Shown here piece after piece: positions 25,555 through 37,587 of a stretch of DNA of 64,000 nucleotides. A program made the translations under genes and the position numbers. The DNA is taken from the NCBI RefSeq assembly GCF_018977255.1, contig NW_024704743.1, positions 11,348,001 to 11,412,000 on the forward strand, given 5' to 3'. Numbering within the stretch: the first letter of the stretch is position 1; each line of letters opens with the position of its first letter. The notes under the pieces were generated by a model that was not told where the DNA came from, did not search any database, and saw only the letters and a list, made by a program, of their open reading frames with translations. The stretch comes from Callorhinchus milii (taxonomy: Eukaryota).

Positions 25555-25905
25555 TAGGGGAGTCTTATAGCGTATTGGTTAGAATATTCGCTTACAAGCG
25601 AGATGACACAGGTTCGAATCCTAGGGCAGGGCAAAACCTGAGGCAAGTTTCCTTACTCCACACATGTCTGTTTACCTACCAGTAAGTATGAACCTGGCTG
25701 TTAGTCAATTGGCAGATCGCTTTCCAGGGTAATAATCCCTTCAAAAATATATATTTTTTAATTTGGATTAATTTAATCCATGACTGTTTGTTGGACACTG
25801 CAATATGCTGCTGCTTTTTACCCACAAAATATACAGTCAATTCACTTTACAGTATATTCTGTGAAGCGCTTTGAGACATCTCAACAACGTGATTAGGTGC
25901 TATAT
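25555..25905 (+). mobile_element. SINE family A
   Basis: Head, core and tail. Confidence 0.85.
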
Positions 25906-26018
25906 GTGGAGTCCTGTAGCTTAATGATTAGAATACTCAATTCACATGCGAGAGGACCTGGGTTCGATTCCCAGACAGGGTGAAACATTGGGTAGGTTTC
26001 CTTACTCTGCACGCCTAT

Positions 26019-27060
26019 TGTTAGAATTTACACTTTTTGTATGATGTTAGAATCATAATAGATGTTGCGAACGGTTTAACTTTTAAGGTAAGTGTGGGGG
26101 GCAACTGGACTGACACTCATGATTAACACTCAAGAGCAACAAAAGGCAACCCTCAAGAATAGCAGCTAACGAGCAAGTTGCTTAAACTAGAGGGCCTTGG
26201 TACCATCCCGGGATACTGATAAGAAATAACCAGTCACTTAAAAGGAATGTACTAATGATCCCACCTTACAAAATAACAAGCATCAGATAACAGGAGTCTT
26301 AAGGACTATGTGTATGTGTGCTGAGGCACGTACACCCCATGAGGTGTTCACGTGAACTCAGCATGATTTCGACAGGTGATCTAATGTCCGCACCATGATT
26401 GGACGAACATCAGTATAAGAGTTCTGATAACTTTGTGTACGGGGTTGTCCCGGGTCGCAGAGACAAGGATACGGGAGATGGGGCCGTCCCGGGTCGCAGA
26501 GAAGGATACGGGAGATGGGGCCGTCCCGGGCTGCGGAGACAAGGATACGGGAGATGGGGCCGTCCCGGGCTGCGGAGACAAGGGTACGGGAGATGGGGCC
26601 GTCCCGGGCTGCGGAGACAAGGATACGGGATACGGGGCCGTCCCGGGCTGCGGAGACAAGGGTCGCAGAAACAAGAGTACGGGAGATGGGGCCATACCGG
26701 GCTGCGGAGACAAGGGTCGCAGAAACAAGAGTACGGGAGATGGGGCCATACCGGGCTGCGGAGACAAGGGTACGGGAGATGGAAGACTGAAAGCTAGAAG
26801 CACTAAGACTGAGGATATAAGATGGAAGATTGAAAGCTGTAAGCAAGAAGACTGAAAGCATAAAGAATCAAGCTTGTGTGTTGTAAAGACACAGTGTTGA
26901 ACTCGAAATATCTACGGTGGTATTATTCCGTTATAAGATCTGTTGATTGTACTGGCCTTTGGTCTGACCCATCAGGATACTGGGGAATAACGAACAAATA
27001 ATAATAAAACAGTCAGATATCTGGTTGCAAACGGACTATGGCTGATTTTATTTTCTAACA
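26019..27060 (+). mobile_element. Solo LTR with internal 39-bp minisatellite
   Basis: TGTTAGAA...TTCTAACA termini; 4-bp TSD CTAT (26015-26018 / 27061-27064); TATAAGA 26414; AATAAA 27003; second copy at 58696. Confidence 0.9.
26447..26782 (+). repeat. GC/CpG-rich minisatellite, 8 units (39 bp; variants of 37 and 54 bp)
   Basis: Unit gtcccgggctgcggagacaagg(a/g)tacgggagatggggcc. Confidence 0.95.
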
Positions 27061-27524
27061 CTATGTTTACCTGGCAGTAAGTAAAACCCAGTTGTTAGTC
27101 GATTGGTGGATCGCTTTTCCAGGGTTAATAATCCCTTAAAAAAAATGTGGGTCACTCAATTCACAACTGTTTGTGGTACACTGCTGTTTGCAATTGGCTG
27201 CTGCATTTCGCCCACAAAATATAGTCAATTCACTTTATAGTATATTCTGTGAAGCGCTTTGAGAATGTCTCGAAGACGTGAAAAGCGCTATATCAAATGC
27301 AAGGATTATTATTACATCAAATCGAAGCATTATTATTATAATGCCTTTGAATAAGTTTGGAGTGCCAGTTTTCTCACTCCTCAAAATCCAAAATGGTAGC
27401 ACCCAGGCTTTGGACCCTACCATTATTCAGATGCCCAGGAGGGTGGTAAAGCAAATTATGTCTTACCTTAAATAAAGAATGGACTGTGTCTAGAAATACC
27501 ACAAGTTTGACACCAAAGATTACA

Positions 27525-27870
27525 GTGTCAGCCTGGCTCAGTTCGTAGCGCTCTCACATCTGAATCAGAAGATTGTGGGTTCAAGTCCCATATCAGGTCT
27601 TTGAGCTCACAATCTAGACTGATAGCTCCAATGAACTGCTGAGGGGAGAGCTGCATTGTCAGAGGTGCCATCCTTCACATGAGATGTTAAACTGAGGCCC
27701 TGTCTGCTCTTTCAGGTCGACACTAAAAGATCCCATGGTGCTATTTGAAAAGAAAAGGGAGTTTTTCTCGAAATCATTCACTTCAAGGCTGTTTGTGGGA
27801 CTTTATGAATGCAAACCGACTCTCTCATTTGTCTGCAAAACATGCAGTCACTACACTTTGCAGTAAAATT
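27525..27870 (+). mobile_element. SINE family B
   Basis: tRNA head plus Deu domain. Confidence 0.87.
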
Positions 27871-28024
27871 GTAGTAGTTTTAATTTATAACAGCAAAGAA
27901 GGCCATTTGATTCATCGTATCAGTGCAATGAAGGACTTTGCAGATGTCTCGAATGATGTGACAAAGCAACATATCAAACAACAACAACAACAACAACAAG
28001 ATTCCATTTATAGAGCGCCTTTCA

Positions 28025-28130
28025 CGTATATTATATTATATAATATATAATATATATAATATAACGCAAGTATATTATAAATATTATTATTAATAATAAT
28101 AAAAAACGCATTTGTAAACGATAATAAAAA
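28025..28130. repeat. AT-rich low-complexity tract
   Basis: tatattatattatataatatataat... Confidence 0.7.
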
Positions 28131-28686
28131 ATGAAATCTTCACAGCTTACGTTTTATCACAATTCCTGCGATGTACACAGCAGATTAACTACAAATCCGT
28201 TTACTGTGTCATTTATTGGACCAGCCCATAAAAGATGACTTTGCTTTGTGACTGCGGAATAGAGTGAGAGCACAGCAGCCTCAGGTTACGTTCAGCAGCA
28301 TGTGGGTTCCTTGATGTATGGTCCTAATGGCCTGTTCTATGGGGATAAAGATAATGTCTCAGAATTGTGCTGTCACGTTGTACATTTAGATTTATTTTCT
28401 GAATTTACTGCTGTCCCAGATTAAAACGTACCTTGTAAACAGCTCTTGCCTCTGTGTAGTCCTAGCCCTGTGCCCTCATTGCCACTTTTAAAGAGGCTGA
28501 AAAGCAACTGATTTAAATAAGACCAGGGCTTCCTGAGACTTTTACAGAGATGATGGATTTATTGAGGAATGAAAATGACCAGTTGCTGCTTCTTGTATGT
28601 GTTACAAAAAAATTACAGGTTACCAGCAGTTTGCTGTTGCAACTATTTTTTCCACACAAGCACATATTTACTTACATAATAAAACT

Positions 28687-29035
28687 TACTATAATAATCC
28701 TTGCATTTGATATAACGCCTTATCATGTCTTCGAGACATCTCAAAGCACAGAATATACTATAAAGTGAATTGACTGTATATTTTGTGGACAAAACGCGGT
28801 AGCCAATTGTGCTCCAGCAGTGCCCCATAAACAGTTGTGGATTGAGTGAAAATTTATTATTATTACTTTTTTGAAGGAATTATTACCCCTGGAAAAGCAA
28901 TCCAGCAATTGACTAACGACTGGGTTCCTACTTACTGCATGGTAAACACAGGTGGAGTAAGGAAACTTCCCCAAAGTTTTACCCTTCCGGGAATCGAACT
29001 CAGGTCTCTTCGCTTTGCGAGGTGAGTGCTCTAAC
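28687..29035 (-). mobile_element. SINE family A
   Basis: Reverse-complement full structure. Confidence 0.85.
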
Positions 29036-29094
29036 GATTGATATAATGGCTTTCATACCAGGAGGACGTCTCAAAGCACCTCACGGGATATACT

Positions 29095-29206
29095 CTAATG
29101 GAGTGTCAGTCTAGGCTCTATGTATTCCAAGTCCCGATGTGGGCCTTGGACCCACAACACTCATGGCTCAGAGGCGAGAGTGCTACCAACTGAGCCAGGC
29201 TGACAC
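29095..29206 (-). mobile_element. SINE family B head
   Basis: gagagtgctaccaactgagccaggctgacac. Confidence 0.8.
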
Positions 29207-29304
29207 ACACATACTAACATAATTGCCAAAACAGGCCATTTGGCCCAACTAGTCCACCTCAAATATTTATACTCCACAGCTACTATTCACCTCTGTCCAC
29301 TCTC

Positions 29305-29358
29305 CTCTCGCCCTCTATTCCCCTCTCGCCCTCTATTCCCCTCTCGCCCTCTATTCCC
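29305..29358 (+). repeat. 18-bp tandem repeat, 3 copies
   Basis: (ctctcgccctctattccc)3. Confidence 0.9.
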
Positions 29359-29454
29359 ATCTCTCTCATGTATGCATCAGGTTTTCTCTTAAATACAATG
29401 ATACTTTTTGCTTCAACCACAGCTCTGGCAGTGAGTTCCACTTTCTCACCAACA

Positions 29455-29630
29455 AGCTCCACTGTGACGTGCTTGGCAATAGAATGTCAGAAATGAGTCA
29501 CGTCAACCCTTTGTGGTGGTCTCAGTAGTCTGGTTCCTGAACCAGTTAGCTCCGCAGTACTCCAGGTCACTGCTGATGACAGACCAGCCAGCCATCCAGT
29601 CATCCAGGCTTGGAGAGGCAGACATTTACT
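29455..29630 (+). mobile_element. Family C fragment
   Basis: ttggcaatagaatgtcag...ggttcctgaaccag...ctgctgatgacag. Confidence 0.65.
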
Positions 29631-30169
29631 GACATAATAATACTAACATTTGATATAGTGTCTCATCACGTCACTGAGATGTTTCAATGCGCTTCACAGG
29701 ATACACTGTAAAGTGAATTGGCTGTATATGTTGTGGGAGAAACTTACTTACCACCTTTCTTTATTTTTCTTCTCTCTCTGTTTCCCTGATTGTCTTTCTA
29801 GCTCTCTGCTTCTCTCTTTCTTCCTGACTTTTCTGGAGCTCCATCCCAGAGTCCCTCCGAATCACGCCTTCCCTCCCCTCATTCAAGGTCCAACTCTTTG
29901 CCCATCATCTTACCCATACCCCACCCCCATTGCCTCTCATCACTCGGGTGCCAAGCCAGTATTGTCAAGTGTTTTGAGACGTCCTCCTGATGTAAAAGGT
30001 GCTGTATAAATATAAATTGTATTTTCTTTTGGGATTTCCCTCTCTCCTTCATCTGCTTCTTTTTCTCTCCATTCCTCTTCTTTTCTCTTCCTTCCTCTTC
30101 TTTTCTCTTCCTTCCTCTTGTTCTTTTCTCTCTGTTTCCCTTTCTCTCTTTCCCTTTGCATCTTCCTTG

Positions 30170-30830
30170 GGCAGTGTCTCCTTGGAGCTAAATTGGCTCC
30201 TGATGCCATGTTTGGCAGTGGAATGTTGGAATTGAGCCAACTCACTGTGGCAGTCTTGGTAGTCCAGTTCCTGAGTCGGACAGGTTCGTTGTACTCCAAG
30301 GTACTACTAATGACAGCACAGCCAGCCTGGCTCATCGGCAGGACTTGTAAGGGTAGACCAGTTATTGGGGCAGGAATTATTCCCACTCAGCTCCTGTTAA
30401 CCCTGCAAGCCTGTGGAGTCCTGTAGCTCAGTGGTTAGAGCACTCGCTTTGCAAGCGAGAGACCTGAGTTAATTTCCAGGCAGAGGGCGAAACCTTGGGC
30501 AAGTTTCCTTACTCCACACAGAGCTTAATAATAATCCCTCCAAAACAAAACAATAATACATTGGTCATTTTCAATCTACGACTGTTTGTGGGACATTGCT
30601 GTGCGCAATTGGCTGCCGCGTTCGCCCACAAATATACAGTCAATTCACTTTACAGTGTGTTCTGTGAAGCGCTTTGGGATGTCCTCCCGACGTGAAAAGC
30701 GCTATATCAAATGCAAGGATTATTATTATTATAAGCCAAAGCCTGTTATGGTGCTAAGAAGACAAGCAATGGGAAAGCTTGTCGGGCAGTGCTCTCAATA
30801 GTGAGTTATGCAGTTTTAGTTAGTTAGACA
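30170..30830 (+). mobile_element. Family C fragment interrupted by a young SINE A
   Basis: VAVLVVQFLS...PTQLLLTLQA before and GKLVGQCSQ after the SINE. Confidence 0.7.
30413..30732 (+). mobile_element. SINE family A, young internally deleted subfamily
   Basis: Nearly identical to 34418, 40225(-) and 49562; aagcc flanks both sides. Confidence 0.92.
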
Positions 30831-32148
30831 AGTATGAGCTGATTCAAGAGAGTCAGCATGGATTTGTGAAGGGCAGGTTTATCTGATGAATTTAATTGAA
30901 TATTTTAAGGAGGTCATTAACATGGTGGATAAGAGAGTGTCTATGAATGTCATCTTCATGGACTTCCAGAAGGCATTTGATAAGGTTCCACACAAGAGAT
31001 TATTAGCAAAAATCAAAGCACATGGAATCAGAGGTAACCTTGTGACGTGGCTTGGTAATTGGTTGGGAGACAGGAAACAGAGAGTAGGGTCAAAAAGAAC
31101 ATTCCCTGATTAGTGGGATATGACAAGTAGTTTTCCCCAGGGGTCTGTACTGGGGCCTCAGCTTTTCTCCATATCTATAAATGACTTGGATGAAGGAATA
31201 GAGAATTTTATACCCAAATTTGCAGATGACACAAAGTTATGAGACACAGTAAATTGTGTAGATTGGAGAAGGAAATTACAAAGGTAAATTAGATAGATTA
31301 AGTGAATGGGCAAAACTGTGGCAGATGGAATTCAATGTGGGGAAGTGTGAGGTCATCCACTATGGATCCAAAACTAGAAAAACAGAATATTTTCTACATG
31401 GTAAGAAACTAATAACTGTACAAGGAAACTTTCCCAGTATTTCGCCCTGCCGGTAAACGTATCCAGGTCTCTCGCTCGTGAGGCGAGTGCTCTAACCACT
31501 GAGCTGCAGGACTCCACTGGATATTGGCCTTTAACTGAAGGGAGCTGGATTATAAAGGAGGGGAAATGATGCTCCAACTATACAGAGCCTTGGTCAGAGC
31601 CCATCTGAAGTACTGTGTTCAGTTTTGGACACCACATCTCAGGAAGGATATATTGTATCTGTAGGGGGTGCAGCGCAGATTCACTAGAATGATACCAGGG
31701 CTAAAAGGGTTAAATTATGAGGACAGGTTGTACAAACTTGGTCTCTATTCCCTTGAGTTCAGAAGGTTGAGGGGTGATCTGATTAAGGTTTTTAAAATAA
31801 TAAAGGGATTGATAGGGTAGATACAGAGAATCTATTTCCTCTGGTAGGGGAACCCAGAACAAGGGGGCATAATCTTAAAATGAGAGTTGGGTCATTTAGG
31901 AGTGAAATTAGTAGCCAGTTTTTCTCCCAAAGGGTAGTAGAAATCTGGAACTCTCTCCCCCAAAAGGCTGTGGATGCTGAATCCATTCACATCTTCAAGA
32001 CGGAGGTGGATAGATATTTGTTATCTCAGGGATACTGAGTAAGGGCTTGTAATTGTCTTGGGGTATAGATCAGCCATGATCTTATAGAATGGCGGCACAG
32101 GCTCTAGGGGCTGAATGGCCTACTCCTGTTTCTAGGTATCTATGTTTC
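30830..32148 (+). mobile_element. CR1 LINE RT to 3' end (SINE A head on minus strand at ~31423-31517)
   Basis: MDFQKAFDKVPHKRLL; tttgcagatgacacaaag (FADDTK); CR1 3' UTR. Confidence 0.93.
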
Positions 32149-32149
32149 T

Positions 32150-32392
32150 GGATTCCAGCAGTACCCCAACTCACACTTTGGGGTCCCCAAAACTTGGCTC
32201 TTGCTAACCTGCACCTAATTCTTTCCGGAATTAGGTAAGCAGGATGCATCCCTCCAGGGAGAGAGTGCACATTCCAACAATCTATCTCTGGGATTTCCAT
32301 GTGTAGGTGGGATGCATGAAATTCTCAGTTTGGTTTGGGTACTCGTAAGCATGGTGATGGGTGCATGTATCAGTTGCCTGGCTGACCAAAAA
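32150..32392 (+). mobile_element. Family C 3' terminus
   Basis: Ends ctgaccaaaaa; homologous to 62285-62480(-). Confidence 0.65.
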
Positions 32393-32564
32393 GATCTCTC
32401 TCTGTTCCCCTATGTGTTTTCTTTTCTTCTAGATTTCTTTGTCTCTGTTTTTTTTTTTGCACCTTCTCTTTTACTTACTTTTCCCCTCAAACACTTATTG
32501 GAATCGTCATTTCACATACGATCAAATTGGACGGGACACCAGTTTGCACCAGGCATTATAAAGA

Positions 32565-32891
32565 TAATTATTGCATTTGATATAACACTTTATCACGTCT
32601 TCAAAGTTTTTTTTTTACAGAATATACTATAAAGTGATTCACTGTTTATTTTGTGGGCGAAACACAGCAGCCAATTGCGCACAGCAGTGTTCCACAAACA
32701 ATAGTGGATTGCGTGATCAAATTATTTTAATATATTTTTGAAGCGATTATTACCCCCAGAAAAACAATCTGACAATCGACTAACAACCAGTTTCCTACTT
32801 ACTGCTAGGTAAACAGAGGCAAGGAAACATGACCCTGCCTGGGAATCAATCCCAGATCCTCTTGTTTACGAGACGAGTGCTCTAACCAATA
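32565..32891 (-). mobile_element. SINE family A
   Basis: Reverse-complement structure. Confidence 0.83.
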
Positions 32892-34417
32892 TCATAGAAT
32901 CAAAGAATTATACAACATAGAAGGAGGCCATTCGGCCCATCGTGTCTGTGTCGGCTCTGCAAACTTGTCCTCATTATCTACTTCCCTCTCAAAAGTTGTT
33001 ATCGAATCAGCTTCCACCACCCTTTCAGACAATGCATTCCAGATCCGAACAACTCGCTGTGTGAAAACCTTCCTCTGTTTCTCTTAACAACTATTTAAAA
33101 TCGGTGTCCTCGGGTTACCAACCCACCCGCCAGTGGAAATAGTTTCTCTCTGTTCACCCTACTGAATTCCCTCATAATTTTGCAAACTTCTATTAAGTCT
33201 CCTCTTAAACTTCTCTGCTCCAAGGAGAATAATCTCTAGCCTTTCCTGAAAGTCCCTCATTCCTGGTATCTTCCTGGTGAATCTTCTTTGCACCCTTTCT
33301 AATGCCTTCCTAAAGTGTGGTGCCCAGAACTGAACACAGTCTCTCGCTGAGGCCTAACCAATGTTTTATCAAGGTTTATCATAACATCCTGACTTCTGTA
33401 TTTTATGCCCCTATCTATAAAGCCTAGTATCCCATATGCTTTCCTAAGAGCGTTATCTACCTGTTCTGCCACCTTCAAAGATTTACTTATATGAACCCTC
33501 AGGTCTCTCTGTCCCTTCACCCCCTTTAAGATTGTACCATCAGCTGATATTGTCTCTCCTCATTCCTCCTCCCAAAATGCATCACTTCACATTTCTAAAC
33601 ATTAAACTTCATCTGCCACGTGTTTGCTCATTTTAACAGTCTGTCTATGTCCATTTGCAGTCTGTTACTATCCTCTGCACTTTTTGCTATTTTTCCTAGC
33701 TTAGAATTATGTGCAAACTTAGAACTTGTACTACCTATATCCAAGTCCAGGTCATTTGTATACATCAAAAAGAGCAGTAGTTCCAATACTGAGCTCTGGG
33801 GGACACCACTGCACACTTACCTCCAGTCACAAAAACAACTGTTCATCATCACACTCTGTCTCCCAGCCAGTTCTGTATCCATGCTGCCACTGTCCCTTTA
33901 ACACCGTGGGCTTCTATTTTGCTTACAAGTCTCTTATGTGGCAGTTTATCAAACGCCTTTTGAAAACCCATACAAACTACATCAACTGCACTACCTTCAT
34001 CCACCCTCTCCGTTACTTCATTGAAAAACTCTATCAGGTTTGTTAGACATGATTTGTCTTTAACAAATCCGTGTTGGCTGTCCTTCATTAAACCATATCT
34101 TACTAAGTGAAAATTTATTTTGTCTGAATTATATTCTACAGAAGTTTCCCCACAACTGACATTAGGCTGACTGACCTGTGGTTCCCAGGTTTATCCTTCT
34201 GCCTCTTTTTGGACAGGGGAGTAACATTTGCAACCCTCCAGTCCTCTGGCACCACCCCGGTGTCCAAGGAGGATTGAAAGATTGTTGCCAGAGCCTCCAT
34301 TATTTCCACTCTTACTTCTCTCAGTAACCTAGGATGCATCCCATCCGGACCAGATGACTTATCTACCTTGAGCACCAACAACCTTTTTAGTACCTCCTCT
34401 CGATTTATTCTTATCTT

Positions 34418-34743
34418 TGGAGTCCTGTAGCTCAGTGGTTAGGGCACTCGCTTTGCAAGTGAGAGACCGGAGTTCAATTCCAGGCAGAGGGCGAAACCTT
34501 GGGCAAGTTTCCTTACTCCACACGCCTAATAATAACCCCTCCAAAAAAAATAAAACAATAATAAATTGGTTATTTTCAATCCACGACTGTTTGTGGGACA
34601 TTGCTGTGCGCAATTGGCTGCCGCGTTCGCCCACAAATATACAGTCAATTCACTTCACAGTGTGTTCTGTGAAGCGCTTTGGGACGTCCTCCCGACGTGA
34701 AAAGCGCTATATCAAATGCAAGGATTATTATTTATTATTATTA
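34418..34743 (+). mobile_element. SINE family A, young subfamily, inserted in CR1
   Basis: ttatct on both flanks; CR1 RT sequence resumes after it. Confidence 0.92.
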
Positions 34744-36119
34744 TTATCTAATTTCTCTACCCTCTCCTTCGATACTGTGGCATTGGTTGCATCCTCCTCT
34801 TTTGTGAAGACAGACGCAAAGTACTCATTCAGTACGTCAGCCATGCCCTCTGCCTCCACAAGAAGATTTCCTCTTTGGTCACTGATTGAACTCACCTTAC
34901 CTTTGACTAACCTTTTATTCTTTCTATGCTCGTAAAATATCTTAGGGTTGCCTTTTATGTTACCCACTAATCTTTTCTCATACAATCTCTTTGCCCCTCT
35001 TATTTCCTTTTTCAGTTCTCCTCTGTACTTTCTATATTCTATTTGATTATCTTCTGTATTTTGGGCCTGACATTTATCATAAGCCTCCTTTTTCTGTTTT
35101 ATGTTAATCCCAATTTATTTATTCATCCAGGAAGGTTCGGATGCCCTATCTTTCCCCTTTGTGGGAATGTATTTGTTCTGTCCCCGAACTATCTCCTCCT
35201 TGAAGGCTTCCCACTGCTCGTTAGCTGTTTTACCTGCCAATCTTTCTTTCCAGTCCACCTAGGTCCTTTTAACTCATTGAAAATAGGCCTCTTCCAGTTG
35301 AGTATCTTCTCCTTTGATTGCTCCTTGTCCCTTTCCATAAGTACTCTAAACCTATTGATGTTGTGATCACTGTTGTCCAGATGCTCTCCTACTGAAACCT
35401 GCTCCACTTTTCCTACTTCATTCCCCAGAACTAGATCCAGCACTGCTTCCTTGCTCGTTGAACTCAAAACATACTGATCCAGAAAGTTATTCTGCACACA
35501 ATTCAGGAACCCTTGCCCCTCCTTGCCCTGTTATTTTGTTATTTACTGTTATTTTGCCAGTCTATGTTAGGATAATTGATGTCCCTCATTATCACTACTC
35601 TATTGGTTTTGCATCTTTCTGAAATCTGCTTGCAGATTTGTTCGTCTATTCCTTCCTGCTATTTGGTGGTATATATTATACACCTAACAGCGTAACAGCT
35701 CTTTTTCTGCTCCTTAACTCTATGTTTTTGGACCTTCTAGCACATTGTACCTTTCCAGTGTCTTTAATCAATATTGCCAGCATCCATTCCTCATTTTTCC
35801 TTCCCTATCCCTCCTGAATATATTATAACCAGGAATATTCAGCTTCCATTCCTGTTCTTGTTTGAACCAGGTCTCCGTTATTGCCACTACATCATAACCC
35901 CATGTGGCAACTTGAGCCTGCAGCTCACCAACCTTATTTGTCACACTCCGTGCATTTACAAGACCAACTGAGTCTGATCTACATTTTTCCCCATCTAATC
36001 CCTCCTTTTTCTGGATTACTCCTTATTACATGGCTATTTGTCTCTCCCAGCCCTTGATGTAACTTGTTTGTCCTCTTTTAATGCTACATCCTGATTCCCT
36101 TCCCCACTCAAAATTAGTT

Positions 36120-36970
36120 TAAACCCTTCCCTGCAAGGACATTGGTCCCAGCCCTATTCAGGTGTAACCCATCCACCTTGTACAGATCCCACCTGCTCCA
36201 AAACTGGTCCCAATGATCCAGGAACCCAAAGCCCTCCTTGTGTCATGTGTTTGATCCTGCTGTTTTGATACTCACTTGCACGAGGCACTGCGAGTAATCC
36301 AGAGATCACCACCTTTGAGGTCCTACTCTTTAGCTTTTTCGCTAGCTTCTGATACTATCCCTGTAGGATCTCAGGTCTTTTTTCCCTACATCATGGATCC
36401 CACCATGGGTCACAACTTCTGGATGTTCCCATTCCCCCTGTAGAACGTTTTGCACCTGTTCCGTGATATCTTCAACTCTGGCACCAGGGAGGCAAAATAC
36501 CATGCGAGAGTTACATCTTTGGTTGCAGAAATGCCTATCTATTCCTTCCACCATTATGTCCCCAATGACAATTGCATTGACACTCTTCCCTGTGTCCCCT
36601 GTACATCTATTTGCTTTTGACTCCCCTCCTCAGAGATGTCATCACCCTGACCGGTATTCAATATAGAGAACCAGTTTGTGAGTGCCACACTCTCAGGGGA
36701 TTTCTGCACTGCCCGTTCCCTTTTCCTACCATGCCGGGCGGTCTCCCACTCATTCTCCTTCTGAACCCTCTGTGGCTGTGGGGTGACCACTCCTGAAACG
36801 TTTGATCCATGAACTCTTCAGCCTCTCCTCGAGTTCAGAAAATCTGAGCTCAAGTTCGAGCAGCCAGAGGCACTTCCTATACACGTTCAGCTCACACAAA
36901 GCATCCTGGAGTTCCCACGTGGCACACATTGTGCATGCAACTGGTCTCAGCTGCCCTGCCATATTCCAAG
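36120..36970 (-). pseudogene. CR1 ORF1 remnant (zinc finger/leucine zipper plus SGNH-esterase-like domain)
   Basis: ORF pieces 36750-36974 and 36342-36554 show the known CR1 ORF1 architecture; frameshifted. Confidence 0.75.
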
Positions 36971-37188
36971 ACAATATTTTATATTATTTTAATATAAATA
37001 TATATTTTATAATTCTGGACCTCTTTCCCTCTCTGCACCTAATTCGCACTCTCACCAAATTCCTTAACTTGTTCGGCAAGCTCCCCAGCACCTATTCTAA
37101 CATTCTAGGTCATGTCGTCCTCTGGCTAATCAGTGGGAGAATTGTCTCTCTTTTTTTGGAGCCTTTGAAAAAGAAAACAGAAATGAAC

Positions 37189-37575
37189 AGAACATAACAT
37201 GTAGGAGCAGGAGTAGGCCATTCGGCCCTTCGAGCCTGCCCCGCCATTCAATCATGGCTGATCTTCTAATCTAACTCCAGCTAATAACCTGACCCTGCCT
37301 TATCCCCATATTCCTTAATCCCTTTTGCAACAAGAAATCTATCTATCTCAGTCTTGAATATGTTCAAGGACTGAGCGTCAACAGCACTTTGGGGTAGTGA
37401 GTTCCATACATTCACCACCCTTTAAGTGAAGGAGTTCTTCCTCAACTCAGTGCGAAAGGGCTGGCCTCTGATTTTAAGGTTGTGACCCTTGCTTTAGTTT
37501 CCCTAATCAGGGGGAACAGTCTCCCACTATCTACTCTATCATGCCCTTTGATGATCTTATAGGTTTCTATAAGAT
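37189..37575 (-). mobile_element. CR1 LINE 3' end
   Basis: aggagcaggagtaggccattcggcccttcgagcctg; homologous to 7326 and 39150 copies. Confidence 0.9.
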
Positions 37576-37587
37576 GAAAGGTAAACT

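Larger units (their letters stand above)
25906..27313 (+). mobile_element. SINE family A split by solo LTR (25906-26018 and 27061-27313)
   Basis: Core acgcct[a]tgtttacc rejoins exactly across the LTR with CTAT duplicated. Confidence 0.88.
32892..37180 (-). mobile_element. Near-full-length decayed CR1 LINE (5' UTR, ORF1, ORF2 endonuclease and RT, 3' UTR)
   Basis: ORF1-like CTMCATWE..RKC..LELRFSELEERL and CLPGARVEDIT..PEVVTHGGIHD; EN AVLDLVLGNE..EHLDNSDHN; RT KSSGPDGMHPRLL, SQHGFVK, FQKAFDK, GVPQ. Confidence 0.93.

Noticed and set aside
26447..26782. Regularly spaced repeats resembling a CRISPR array
   Set aside because: Head-to-tail units with no unique spacers, no cas genes, vertebrate context
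26358..26861. Overlapping repetitive ORFs on both strands (also 59286-59680)
   Set aside because: By-product of a stop-free 39-bp (13-codon) tandem unit inside an LTR; open in several frames at once
30413..30490. tRNA-like sequences at SINE heads
   Set aside because: A and B boxes are present but the acceptor stem is imperfect and each continues into a SINE body; not tRNA genes
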